64,000 nucleotides of DNA from NCBI GenBank assembly GCA_964247055.1, contig OZ176053.1:8804001-8868000 (forward strand). The letters are read 5' to 3'. This document shows, piece after piece, positions 1 through 12,000 of the stretch (the stretch's first letter is position 1; each line of letters starts with the position of its first letter). The notes beneath the pieces are model-generated. The model was not told the DNA's origin, searched no databases, and was given only the letters and a program-made list of their open reading frames with translations. A program made the translations under genes and the position numbers. Origin of the DNA: Paragordius varius (Eukaryota; Animalia; Nematomorpha).

Positions 1-841
1 AAAGTCTATTTATATTGCCATAATATACATTTATATATCTGTGGTATTTGCGATTTAAAAGAATAAGGAAATGAGTGGTGGCCAAAAGATTGAAATGAGG
101 ATTTTTTGCAATTTTATATTTTTTAAAAATTATCATGCGCCTAAAATACTAAAGAAAGTATATTTTAAAATTTGGTCCAATGCTAAAAATATTTTTTATT
201 TATTTTTAACTAGTCCTGGGGCAATCATCACCCTCGGGATATTTTTATACTCCAAAGCCATTTAAAAACCTTTAAAATTACTTTCAACATTGAGCCAAAT
301 TTATAAACATGTATTTTGCAGCCTTTCAGGCGTATGATACAAAAAAAATCTCTATCTCAAACCTTTTAGCGCCATTTTATCTTTAATTTTTTAAATACAA
401 AAGGCATATAAAATATTATGGTTAAAAATATTAAAAATAATCTGAGAAAGCTGCTTCTAAATTATAATTTACCAGCAAATTTTTGTTATTATTGTTTAAT
501 ATATGGTCGCTTCAATTGTGTCTTGGAGTTATCTAAACTTGGGACTCTTTAGTTCTATAAGTTAAAAAAGGTAACAATTTTAAGTTTTTTTATTAATACG
601 GAAGTGAGGTTAATTAAATTTTAACCAAAACAGTCCAAATAGTATGTTTTATTTTTATCTATGGGTAAGAAACTACCCCAAAATGTCATAGCGCACTAAT
701 GAAAATGTAATGAGGTCAAACTACCCTTAAAGGCGAGTATTAAATAAAAATGTTATTTGATAAAAAAAATCGTTTTATGTTTATAAATACATTTCACCCT
801 TATTAATAATAGGAAGTTTGCATTGATAATACAATGATAAC

Positions 842-1645
842 CTTGGGACAATTAATATCTTTAGATGTTGATAGTAATGTGGTGGTTTTGAATTCTTTGC
901 TTAAAAAATCAACCAAAACTTGACTATCATAGTAAGAATGCTTCCAAACAAGCTTACTTGCTCCGATTAATCTAAAAATTATAAGTGTAACTGACCTGTT
1001 TCTTTCAAAAATAATACCACTTAATTCCTTGTATATATTAATTGCATTTCGGATACTTATTTTTTGTAAACCAACTAAACATGCAATGATAGCTCCGGTA
1101 CTTGTTCCAGAGATATAATCAAATAGTTCATATATCTTTTTGCCTGATCTTTTTTCTATTTCATCAAGTAGGGATAATGAAAGTAACCCACTAAATAATA
1201 ATAAAAAATACCGACTTCCGCCACCATCGATGCTTAAAATACAAATGCCTTCATTGTGTAACGTTTTAAACCTTCCCAATAGGGCATCTAACTGATTTTT
1301 CGATTCGATTTCTTTCCCATTATTATTAATGCGAATCCTTAAATTTTCCTGAAATTATAAAAGAGATACCTTTTGTAACAATTGCTTGGCTATTGGATAT
1401 TTAATTATAAAGTTAGTTAATTCATCAATGCGATTGGAAAGGGAATCTTCGTGCTTGGTATTATGGATAGAGTTGATGATAGAAATAAGTCTCAAGCGTA
1501 ATTGAGTTTTGGATAGGACATCTTGGGGTTTGTATACATTTTTTTCTGGCTCATCGTTTTTTATAAATGGTTTAATGATGAGCAACTTAGTAAAATTATA
1601 TAATTTATCACTATCAAAAATTGTGCTATAATGTTTTGGTAACAT
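842..1645 (-). CDS. PNPLA8: Calcium-independent phospholipase A2-gamma / patatin-like phospholipase (5' part only; 3' exons not found in the window)
   Basis: Exons 1645-1370, 1348-1212, 1190-996, 971-842. The spliced product reads SLSNRIDELTNFIIKYP..GICILSIDGGGSRGLLSL..LFDYISGTSTGAIIA..IFERNRLIGASKLVWKHSYYDS..CPK, i.e. the DGGGxRG loop and GxSxG nucleophile in PNPLA8-type context. The catalytic Asp (DGG) region is not seen. The ATG at 1645 may be preceded by an unseen exon (possible acceptor at 1654-1655). Confidence 0.85.
972..995 (-). other. 24-nt GT-AG intron (in-frame, stop-free) in PNPLA8
   Basis: gtcagttacacttataatttttag. Removal gives IFERNR/LIGASKLVWKHSYYD, matching PNPLA8 spacing as recalled. 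Confidence 0.75.
1191..1211 (-). other. 21-nt GT-AG intron (in-frame, stop-free) in PNPLA8
   Basis: gtattttttattattatttag. Removal converts DGGGSR-YFLLLFS-G into the canonical DGGGSRG motif. Confidence 0.85.
1349..1369 (-). other. 21-nt GT-AG intron in PNPLA8
   Basis: gtatctcttttataatttcag contains an in-frame TAA. Removal joins the two track ORFs (LLQK/ENLRIR...LLGRFK) with no stop. Confidence 0.85.
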
Positions 1646-1676
1646 TATATAGTCTAATACATGACTCGTATATCAT

Positions 1677-1779
1677 GTCAGGATGGCCGAGCGGTCTAAG
1701 GCGCCAGACTCAAGGTTTAACCTTAAATGAGTGTTCTGGTCCTCGAATGAGGGCGTGGGTTCAAATCCCACTTCTGACA
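1677..1779 (+). tRNA. tRNA-Leu(CAA) with a 19-nt intron (1715-1733)
   Basis: GTCAGGATGGCCGAGCGGTCTAAGGCGCCAGACT-CAA-G[intron]TTCTGGTCCTCGAATGAGGGCGTGGGTTCAAATCCCACTTCTGACA. Acceptor stem, A and B boxes and long variable arm are present, and intron TGAGT can pair with ACTCA of the anticodon arm. Confidence 0.97.
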
Positions 1780-1780
1780 A

Positions 1781-1787
1781 TTTTTTT
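1781..1787 (+). terminator. Pol III terminator (T7)
   Basis: Run of seven T two bases after the tRNA discriminator base. Confidence 0.85.
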
Positions 1788-2480
1788 ATATTTTAGTATA
1801 TACACTCATAAAATTATCACCCTTTTTCAATCTAAAAAACAATATCAAGCAGAAACATCATTTTTCCAACTATTAATACTAAATTGGTTTTTAAACAATT
1901 TAACGTAATTGTACCCATTTGTATTTAATAATCTATGTTTTTCAGATGAACTTTATTTTATCTAAAACAATATATTTTTTAGTTTTGGAGTTGTTTTAAA
2001 ATTCAACATGTAAATAACAACATATCGAGGTTGATTTATTTTAAGTTAATTTTATGGTTAAACCTATGAGACAACATTGATTATATCATTTGTTGTTTTT
2101 CCAGTTTATAACCAAATATTTTTATCAAGCGCTTTATAATAGGTCGTTTGCATAACTCACAATGTGTAAAGTGCGCCTTCAAACAAAAATCATTATGATA
2201 TACAAATTATATTGCTTTTATGCAGAAAAAAACAGTGGACTGATGTGACTAAGTCACAACGACGGTTAACAGGCCCCATCAAATGATATAATTCTGGATA
2301 ATATGGTTATAGTTCTGTACAAGTCTAATGCCCTAAAATAACGAACACCCCACCCAATTAAGAAACAGTAGAAGAATGTCAAATAATCTACTTAATAAGG
2401 GCCAACTAAACTAGAACATTGACATGATAAAAATTTTAGATTATATAAAAAGGGATTTCATTATATTTAAATTATATACT

Positions 2481-3640
2481 TACACAGTGTCCACAAAAAA
2501 ATAACCTAATGAAACATATATTCTCATAGGGTGTATCAGGGTCATCATGGTACCTTTGCTTTTAGCTACGAGTGATTTGTATGCACATGTGTGGTAACTG
2601 ATGTCAGAATATGGCAAAATTTGCGTACATTTGGTTCATTTAAATTTTTTGGTGAAAGCGAGCCTCATTCCAAAAAATGTCATGAAAGTATATCATACTT
2701 TACATAAAGAGCAAAAAAATATTTTTATTGAATTTTTATTTTTAGATGTGGGTTATTAAACCCAAATTTTTTCGCCCTTCTGAAATGGGCTCGATCTCTA
2801 AAAATAAAGGAAAAATTGCTAAAATATTGCGATAAAATTATTAATATGATTATGGCATTAGATAAAAAGCATACTTTGTCAAATTTAATTTTTAGCATTT
2901 TGTTGAAGCGTAGATCATACTATTTTGAGACATCATGGAAACGGTATAAAAACGCTTTAAGATGTAATAAAAAAAGTTTCTCATATTTTTCAATGATGCT
3001 GAACAATTCTATCATCTCAGGTTTGCTTTAAAACTAACTTGCTTGAATTTTTGTAAAAAAACAAATTATCTAACTTAAATTTGAAGACGAACCCATATTT
3101 TAATCAACATTCGTGAGTTAAATCAGCATAATCAAATTATATAGACGGTTTTTATTTCTTTAGTCGTTTTTATTACGTTTTCATCAGGCCTCAAAATGGT
3201 ATGAAAGACGCTTTATTTTGCTAAAAATTAAATTTAAAATGTTTTTTTTCGGGAAAAATTTTTTTGGTAGTGTTTAGCATATATTCATTCTTATCGCGCA
3301 ATCTCGGATTTTTACATTTATTTAAAGAAAACTAGCCCATTTTACAAGAAGCAAAAAATTTGAGGCTTTTGGGGCCCAGAATTAAAATGTAAAATTTTAT
3401 ATATTGTTTGACTATTTCTATGTAGTTTATTATATCTTTTAGTTTTGACAAGCTTTAAACTTTTGCCAAAAAAATTACTTAACAAAATATGCGCAAAATT
3501 TTTGCCATTTGATGGGAACAGTTACCACTAAAGTGTAAATAGATTTCTTAAATCACTCGTAAGAACTAAAAACAACATGATAATACTGATCCATTATCAT
3601 ATCAGCTATATATTGTATCAAGATATTTTTAAAGCCCCCA
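2481..3640. mobile_element. Non-autonomous DNA element with long inverted ends (Tc1/mariner-like MITE family)
   Basis: Begins TA-CACAGTGTCCAC. The left-end motif (ctcatagggtgtatcagggtcatcatgg..tacgagtgattt) recurs inverted at ~3550-3610. Related copies lie at ~7600-7870, ~29830-30120 and 30951 onward. Boundaries are approximate. Confidence 0.45.
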
Positions 3641-4173
3641 ATTGTGGCCTAGATACATAAAATTCTTATCGCAAACTCGGGTTTATGTTGATAACTATTG
3701 TTCTTAATATATAAATGATTATTTTTATGAAGCGTTGGTCGGCATAAAAATTTTTTAATTATAATGCGCCATTGGGGTCGTAACTGCCATGAAAAGGGTA
3801 ATAACATCTTGGATACTTTTAAGCAAATAAAACCCACATTAGAATTTCGATAGGTTTGTCAGAATATAATTTTATTAGAATATTTTTTATATCACCCAAA
3901 TTTAATCACTGAGTAATATTATAATATTCAAGATTGATTTGATATTTGACGCACTTAGTCTTATTTTATTAATTTCCAAATATTAATTGTATTGAGACAA
4001 TCAAACACAATATGCATTTTTCTTTTTATCTAGAAAGAATACAATTTGGATGTCTTTTGCCTAAAACATTAGCAAGCGGTAAATATATTCATAAGTAACC
4101 TTATTTTTTAAAAAGTTCCGCCAGTTCTATTATAAAATAAATCTAATTGCAACGTATTTTTTATATAAAATTA

Positions 4174-4400
4174 CTAGTTGGCCTAGTCACGCTACGCTGG
4201 CACGTCTCATTGAAAATTATTCTGATAAAATTTGGAATAAATACAGGAAATGGAAATAAAAAATAAAACCAAACCATATTTCACTAAAAATAATGTATTC
4301 ACTAATCTTTTACGGGTTCATGTATTGTACTTATAACATAAAATGGGCCATATTAAAACTTTTCTTATACTTTTTGACTATCATTCCATTTGTTTTAAGA
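4174..4400 (-). mobile_element. Helitron-like 3' end fragment
   Basis: On the minus strand a GC hairpin is followed by CTAG/T. The fragment is homologous over ~200 bp to the copies at 55638 and 55807. Confidence 0.5.
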
Positions 4401-4465
4401 TTTTAGTTTAAAATATATTGGCCAATTTTAGGGATTGTAATCACGCATAACCCGGAACTGAATTA

Positions 4466-4982
4466 AGACTTCGATTGAAAATGGGGTATCTAAAGAGACT
4501 ATATTAAATTAATACTATTAAGAAACTAATGAAAGAAACGGTTTCATTTTAAATTTATATTTCTCTTTTAATAAAAATTGTATGAAGCCAAAATATCATA
4601 ATAAATTATTACTTTTTAGTTCCATATCAAACTACTTTGATTCCATTTTCTTTCACATTTTTTTGATATAAAACGTGTTTATTTGATTCTAACGCTAAGC
4701 TATTTGTTTTAACATTGATATAAACAGAAAAAGTGATTTATATTGCATTATTTATACATTTAGCTAATGCACACATGTCAGGTTGACTAAATTTTTACCT
4801 TTTTATCCATAAAATGTAATATAAAAATTGTTTAAATGAATTTTTTTATTACAGTACATCAATGTTATATAAGTAAAAACTTTTGTAATATTCCATCCTT
4901 TTAGGAATATTTTATACACACCTGGGTCCTTAAAACCCCCAATTTGAACTGGAGGACTGAAATGAATGCGTTGTTCAAGTGT
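4466..4982. mobile_element. Diverged copy of the TTAA-flanked MITE family
   Basis: Aligns by eye with 8209-8782 (cttcgattgaaaatggggtatc ... aaatgaatgcgttgttcaagtg); termini are eroded. Confidence 0.55.
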
Positions 4983-5084
4983 AAAATGGATATAAAAAAG
5001 AAGATAAATAATTAACTATCTCATCTATAAAGCAAAGTATACGAATAGTTGTTTTTTCATTCGATGTTAAAGTTTCATATATAA

Positions 5085-5203
5085 GGCGTAATGGTATAAT
5101 AGGTAGGGCGTCGGACTCTTACACTGCGTGCCAGAGTTCGAACCCCGGAGCTACGCAATTTCATAATCACTGTCAGCCCGCGAGTGAAAGAGACTCTAAA
5201 CTG
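5085..5203 (+). mobile_element. tRNA-derived SINE (internally deleted copy)
   Basis: GGCGTAATGGTATAATAGGTAGGGCG (A box) ... GAGTTCGAACCC (B box), then a body shared with 19442-19624. Confidence 0.7.
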
Positions 5204-5780
5204 CTTTTTTAAGTTTTACAAAAACCAGAATGTGTTTTACTTTTTATTTAGTGGCATATTTTGTAGAAAAAGCGCCATTTATATACCGAATAGGAGTATT
5301 TTTGCGAAAATAGTCTAAAGCAACTAATTACAGCCAACAACTCTAACCTGAATATATAAATAAAATAATGTCTTTATTTAAATATTATTAGATGAAAATA
5401 AGTAAAATTTATTTTACAATTCAAAAATGGAAAAATTTAAGTTAAGAGACATACAAATAATTTTCAGAAAAAATACTATTATAATAAATGAAACAATTAT
5501 ATTATGTAGTTTTCGCAATCTCTTTAATGCTTTTGTGGACCGCGGTAAGGTTTTAAATGTTCCCCCACTTTCCGAGGTTGGAAAACTGTTCTCTTACAGA
5601 ATATGCCATAAATATAATTTCGTTTTCTACTAGAATACCTCTCTCATTATAGTCTGATCTAGTATGTTAACAGGATCGCACAAATCAGCCATATCGTTGT
5701 CTTTCTTTCCATTATTGAACATCTATTTATAGGATACACTAGTAAAATTAAGAATACAAATCTAACTACACAAATGAAAA

Positions 5781-5990
5781 CAAACAACTTAGAGAAGGAA
5801 GACACAATTTTTTGGAGGTGGAAGGACAAAGAAACGAGGCCGATTACCGATGAAGTGGTTAGACATGAAAAAAGATGTTACTAAGATGACATTGTACGAT
5901 TTGAATGTAGCATTAAAAGATAGAAAGTGGAAATCATGAAAACTATTTCCAAAAAGTCGCTTACGATTTGGGAATAAACAGCCATTTAAT
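5781..5990 (+). mobile_element. Degenerate 3' end of an RTE-clade LINE
   Basis: Frameshifted translation NNLEK..EVEG/TKKRGRLPMKWLDMKKDVTKMTLYDL..DRKWK resembles the RTE/BovB ORF C-terminus (EGKRxRGRxxMRWLD...DRxxWR). Confidence 0.6.
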
Positions 5991-6569
5991 TAGTTAAATA
6001 AAATCACTTACGCTACTTTTATATAGGAGTCTTTCTATTAATATAGAAGAGTAACTGATTAATGATTGTTTTCCACGACATTCGTCATATGCGCAGTAGC
6101 TGTCTTGCTTTATGGGCTGTCTTCGGAATATTTGTTTTCTATAACTGTATTTGATGAAAGGTTTTGGAAATCACTTAAGATACTTTGCCCATTATACATA
6201 AGAATTTGATTTTCCACATGGTAGATGGATATTATACAGCTTAATTTATAATATATCCAAATATTTATTTTACTGGACATTTTTTAATATAGTCAAATTT
6301 TTTATCTCTGCATGTGATAATCCCTTTTCCTCATTTCATTAACACTCCATTTTTTTGCGTAGTTTTATATCCTAGAGCGATTTGAAATATAATAATTAAA
6401 AAGATTAAAAGCTGAATTTAAAAATATATTTTCTTTAGCATTTTAGGGACATTATACAATTTTTTTTTTAAAAAATCCTCACCTTAAACTTTTTGCCGCC
6501 ATTTTTTTCTATAAACTTTTTTTCGTTGAGAGTGCAACATAAGAATAAAATGTAAATAATTAACTTTAA

Positions 6570-7076
6570 CACCTGGAGACAAGATATTCATTTCAGCCTT
6601 TCGATTGAAATTAGGGTCGTTAAATACCCCAAGCTTGTTTGAAATAAAATATTTCTTACAAAAGTTTGCTATATTACAATAATTAACACCAAAATACTAA
6701 AAAAATCATTCAAAAATAATTAATATTACTTATCAAGGGGTAACCCAAAAATAAGAATTTAGCCAACAATGTGTTCATAAGTTAAATGTAAAAATAATCC
6801 AGATACCAGTTTTTCTGTTTATACTAATGATAAATGTGATATTAATAAAAGAGAAGCTTAATTTTAGAAAAAACCAAATAAACATGATATAATGTTGTAA
6901 TAAAATAGCGTTTAAGTAGTTTGATGCGCAATTTTTTTTCAAAACTATTTTTTTTACATATTTTGGATTATTTATATTATTTTTAGGATAGAAGCATAAA
7001 TTAATTGGAATCGTGTTTTTAAAAATATCATTTAAAATATTGTCTGGAGGATTTAAATGACCCAAGAATCTAAGTG
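6570..7076. mobile_element. Diverged copy of the TTAA-flanked MITE family
   Basis: TTAA-CACCTGGAGACAAGATATTCATTTCAGCC start matches the 10223 copy; the right end is degenerate. Confidence 0.55.
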
Positions 7077-8208
7077 GTGAAAAGAAGCCATGTTTACCAG
7101 CAAAAACTTAATTTTTTATTTTAATATCAGCTGTTCGATTCAATAGTGTTTTAGAGCTGTCCCAATTTTACACTCTAGAAGTCTCAAAACTGTAACAAAT
7201 ATACGCTTTTTTATCCAATAATTGACAATGTTTAATAATTAAATTCTAATTAAACAACTTACAAAACCTAGTTTATATACAAAATTAACCTCTGTGATAA
7301 AAAACTACCCCAAAATGTTAATCAACGTTGTGTTTTTACAAGAAATTTCCAAAATTTTAAGCAAACAAACACAAACCTTTAAATTCAAATTATGAAGCGA
7401 TAGAAATGTTCAAAATCATCAAATTATAGAAGAAAAGTTATTTTGTTGTCAAACCGTTTGCAACAGGACACAAAATTTATAAGACGCTTCAACAAAATTT
7501 TCTAAAGATTTTTTAAAAAATTTTACCTTAAAAAGTATTTTTGGATGATATAAAAATAAGTATAAATATAAAATTTTTATTGCGCAAGCATTTTTGCGTT
7601 TATTGAAGAGAACTAGCCCATTACAGAATACAAAAGTTTTGGACTTTCGGTGCTTGCACCTAAAAATTAAAATTTAAGCTCTTTATATGCAGTTAATAAT
7701 AATATATTTTAGTAATATTTTTGGATTTTTTTTTTAAAAAAAAAGTGCCCATATTTTTCAATTTTCTGATATGGGGCATTTATTACAAAAATGTAAATAC
7801 ATATCTTTCCGTATGAGCTAAAACCAAAGGCACTCCGATAATCCTGATACATTTTTTATCAGATTATATGTACCAGGTAATTATTCTTATAACCCCCGAC
7901 TTTGGACGCAGTATATATATATATATATATTAGAAAGCTGATATTAAAGTTTGAATGTATATTAACAAAAATACTTTTTTATTAGCCCTTTTTTTAACAT
8001 TAAAAAAAAATATTTGAGCGGTATAAATTTTAAAAAAAATTTCATTATATTTTTTCTCTAATGCCTATTTTGTGGCCGAATATCATGGAAGTTTAAATAA
8101 TTTTTTTTTAACCTAAAGTTATAACTACTCCAAATCTAATTATTAAAGGTATCATATATTAAAGAAGCATTTATTAAGGAGTTAGACAAAATAGGAATAG
8201 TTGTTTAA

Positions 8209-8782
8209 CACTTCGATTCAAATTGGGGTATACCCCAGATTAAATTTAAGTTAGGATTTTTAAAAAACTACTGAATGAAACGGTCCCAGTTTAAATTTAT
8301 GCTTCTATCCTGATAAAAATTATATAAATATGCCAAAATATCTAAAAAAAATTGTTTTGAAAAAAAAGTTCCATGTCAAACTACTTGGACGCCATTTTTA
8401 TTTTACAAAATTTTTGCAAAATATCGTCTTCATTTAATTTTAAAAGTAAAATTATAGCTATTTTTATATTTAAATTATATCTAACATTGATAGAAATAGA
8501 AAAAGCGGTTTATTTTGTATTATTTTTGAATTTTATCATCGCACACATGTCACGTTGACTAAATTTTTACCTTTCGATTTTAGATTAAAATAAATAATAT
8601 CAAGTATTTTTGAATAAAAAATTTTATATATTTCGGTTTATTAATGTTATATAAGTGCAAAATTTTGCCATGGTTTCGATTGCTTCCATATTTTTTAAAA
8701 AGTTTAATTTTAAACAGGCCTGGGGTATCCAACTACCCCAATTTGAATCGAAGGACTAAAATGAATATGTTATATCCAAGTG
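8209..8782. mobile_element. TTAA-flanked MITE (piggyBac-type target site), ~575 bp
   Basis: TTAA (8205-8208) CACTT ... AAGTG TTAA (8783-8786). It is the reverse-oriented copy of 10223-10804. Non-coding. Confidence 0.8.
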
Positions 8783-9009
8783 TTAATTAAAAAGTGTCCC
8801 ATTTAAAAATATTTATTTTAATTTTTAGAAAGCGATGTTTTTTACGATTATTTATTTAATATGTGTGACAATTTCAAATCATTTTTTTTAAATCTCAATT
8901 AAATTTGGTAATTAGTTTAAATAGCTTCCATACATGTATAAAATATATGTAAAAATGTGTCAGATATATTTACTATTTTACATAAAATCCAGCTGGCTCA
9001 ATTTTTATT

Positions 9010-12000
9010 ATGCTTGTGCCATCATCCAGCGATGAAGAATCCGATAACAGTCCTGAAATACCGCCAGAAAATCCTCCAGTTGAAAATCTTCAACCCCCTT
9101 TATCCTTAAATTCCCAACAAAATTTTTTCCCCATACAAAGTAGAAGTTTATCACCATCCAATGACCTAATATCTCATATATCTCTCAATCCACGCAGAAC
9201 TGGCGATACAGGCTCTATTTCATCATCAGTATCCGTTTTTAGACCAATTAGTCCCAGTCCATCTATATTAAGCGAAAGAGATAAAAATCCCTCCCTTGCC
9301 AACGAAATTGACACGGATAAAGCTGAAGAAGAACATAAAAAACGGCTTCAAATATATGTTTTTGTGGCTCGGTGCATAGCTTATCCATTTAATGCCCGGC
9401 AACCTATTGATGTTACTCGTAGATACTACAAGGTTACTAAAGGCAGCTTAATTCAAATTAAAGAGAGATTTCTAAATTTTCTCAATGCCGAAGCCAATTT
9501 AAATGCAGATGAAGGTTTTTACACCACTATTCAGCATTATTATGATATATTTTTGAAAAGTGATCGAGTTTCAAAAATGGTTAGTATTGGTGGTTGTTCG
9601 ACAAACGATTTCCGTGAAATCTATAAGATTCACATTGAAAAAAAGGTTAAAAGCTTACCCAACAAAGAAGGCCTAAACAAAGAAATGCTCGTTACATCAT
9701 ACATGGCCAAATTCGATGCCCTTTTTAAGGGTAGTATTAACACATTTTCAATCACCGAAGAAATTGGTGGGAATGCTGGACCAGGGAAAAAATTATCGCC
9801 TCTCCCATCCGCGGGTCCAGGGGCATCAATGCGGGCTCAACATCACCCCTCATTCATTCACATTCAATCGAATAAACCGAGTGCTGAAACGGCACTCAAC
9901 AAAGAACAATTGTATGATTTGTTTCAACAAGTTCTTGCTATCAAAAAATTTGAACATCAATTACTGTACAATGCTATGCAGGTTAATTAAATTTTTATCT
10001 ATCTCGTCCTATTAATGAAATGTTTGATTAAAAAACACACATTTTTTTAATTTCGGAACCGTCATTGTTTATTGGTCAAATTTTTATTAGATTCTATTTT
10101 ATACACATGGCCTAATAATATCTACAAATATATATACGAAAAATATTATGGCTAATATTATTTGAAAAATCTATAGCAATATACTTTTAAAAATTGTAAC
10201 AAAATTAGGTTGAAATGGTTAACACTTGGATACAACACACTCATTTTAGTCCTCCGATTCAAATTGGGGTAGTTGGATACCCCAGGCCTGTTTAAAATCA
10301 AATATTTTAAAAAGTATGGAAGTATTCGAAACCATGTCAAAATTTTGCACTTATATAACATTAATAAACCGAAATATATAAAAAAAATTATTCAAAAATA
10401 CTTGATATTACTTATTTTAAGCTAAAACCGAAAGGTAAAAATTTCGTCAACGTGACATGTGTGAAATTGTAAAATTAAAAAATAATACAAAATAAACCGC
10501 TTTTTCTATTTCTATCAATGTTAGATGTAAATTATATAAAAAATTAGCTTTAGTTTTACCCTTAAAATTAAATAAAGACGATATTTTGCAAAGATTTTGT
10601 GATATAAAAATGGCGTCGAAGTAGTTTGAGATGGAACTTTTTTTTCAAAACAAAATTTTATCAAGATATTTTGACATATTTATATAATTTTTATCAGGAT
10701 ATAAGCATAAATTTAAATTGAGACCGTTTCCTTCAGTACTTTTTTAAAAATATTAATTTAAATTTAGTCTGGGGTATTTAGATACCCCAATTTGAATTGA
10801 AGTGTTAAAAACAGATCAGGATTTTATTTGCAAATGTTTTTTTCCTCAAAAACCAAATTAATTGTTTCGGTTCCGGTTCCTATTTCATAACGGTTTCGAT
10901 TCCCTGATCAAACTACACCTATTTATTTTTTTATTAAAATATATGAATCGAATTTAGAAATAATTACTGATTATTTAAAAACCAGCAAATTTGTCGACAA
11001 TGATTGAATTTTATCATCCGGGAACTTATTTGTATAAATTTTCTCAAATTAGATTTCAACACATAATTAATTTAATTTTAAAACACATGTTTTTTTTCCT
11101 TTTCATAAAAATACAATTGGGTTTTATAAAAAAAATTTTTTATATGTGATTCGCGGGATGTAATTTTTTATTTTAATTTATTCCAAATACATCAAAAATT
11201 ACAAAAATAGCTTTCGCATTTTGTAAATTAAATTTTTCCAATACTTAGGTTGTCTTTCGATATTGGGTTACTAGTGATCCCAGGCCTTAAATTTTTCTAA
11301 AAATAGAGAATAAATTGAAACTATTGCAAAAGTTTTCAACCATTGATGCGAAATTTAAAAGATTTTAAAAAAAATTGTTACTTATTTTATGGATAATCCT
11401 AAAAGTATAAATTTAGCCAACATGGCATGCATTAGCTCAATATAAAAATAATAAATAAACCAATTTTTCTGTTTATATTATTAGCTGTGTAATTTTAACA
11501 CTTCATTTACCTTTCCACTTTTTTTCCTAATTTACTTTTTGGGGTAGTTTTATATGCCAGGCTCAATTTTGTAAATAAAGTACAGTTTTGAAAGTTTTAA
11601 TTGAAAAAGAATTATAAACATTGTTCTTATGTAACAGATCAAATTTACAGTTTTATGATTTATAGACTCTAAAATTGGTAAGGTCCAAAACACGATTTAA
11701 ACGAACAGTTGTTATTATAATCAAAATATATCTAATTTTTACTGGTAAAATATAGCCTGAAAGCTTATTAAAGTTAATTACTTACATTTTCTAACCAAAT
11801 ACATTTATTTGCCTGTTGCATTAGCGATTTAAAAAAAGGGCGGAGAAAAGTTTGAGATGACGATTTTTTACAATTTTACTTTTTTTTTAAAAAAAATTGT
11901 GTAATGCGTCTAAAGGCTAAAGAAATCATATTTTTAAATTCGGCTTAATGCCTTAATATTTTTTATGATATACCATTTACAGATCGAATTCACCCTTAAA

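Noticed and set aside
1-841. Search for downstream PNPLA8 exons (FRNY, ASSAAP, DGG motifs)
   Set aside because: None found; they presumably lie left of the window, so truncation or pseudogenisation is not claimed.
1621-1908. 95-aa plus-strand ORF
   Set aside because: It is a translation through the tRNA-Leu gene; no coding features.
9732-9761. Possible 30-nt in-frame intron (gtagt...ccgaag) in CADPS exon 1
   Set aside because: Weak GAAG acceptor, no frame or stop constraint, and the region is a variable linker, so it cannot be supported.
9716-10015. Alternative-frame and antisense ORFs over real genes (also 17471-17686, 19618-19836, 25959-26144, 26359-26610, 33546-33752, 34386-34601)
   Set aside because: Shadows of CADPS, the sulfotransferase and the orphan CDS; the other frame or strand carries the conserved motifs.
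10158-10361. Short F/L/I/K-rich ORFs within MITEs (also 71-265, 2816-3031, 6775-7065, 8373-8558, 28771-28956, 30127-30480, 30769-30966)
   Set aside because: They lie in dispersed non-coding repeats and have AT-driven composition without motifs.
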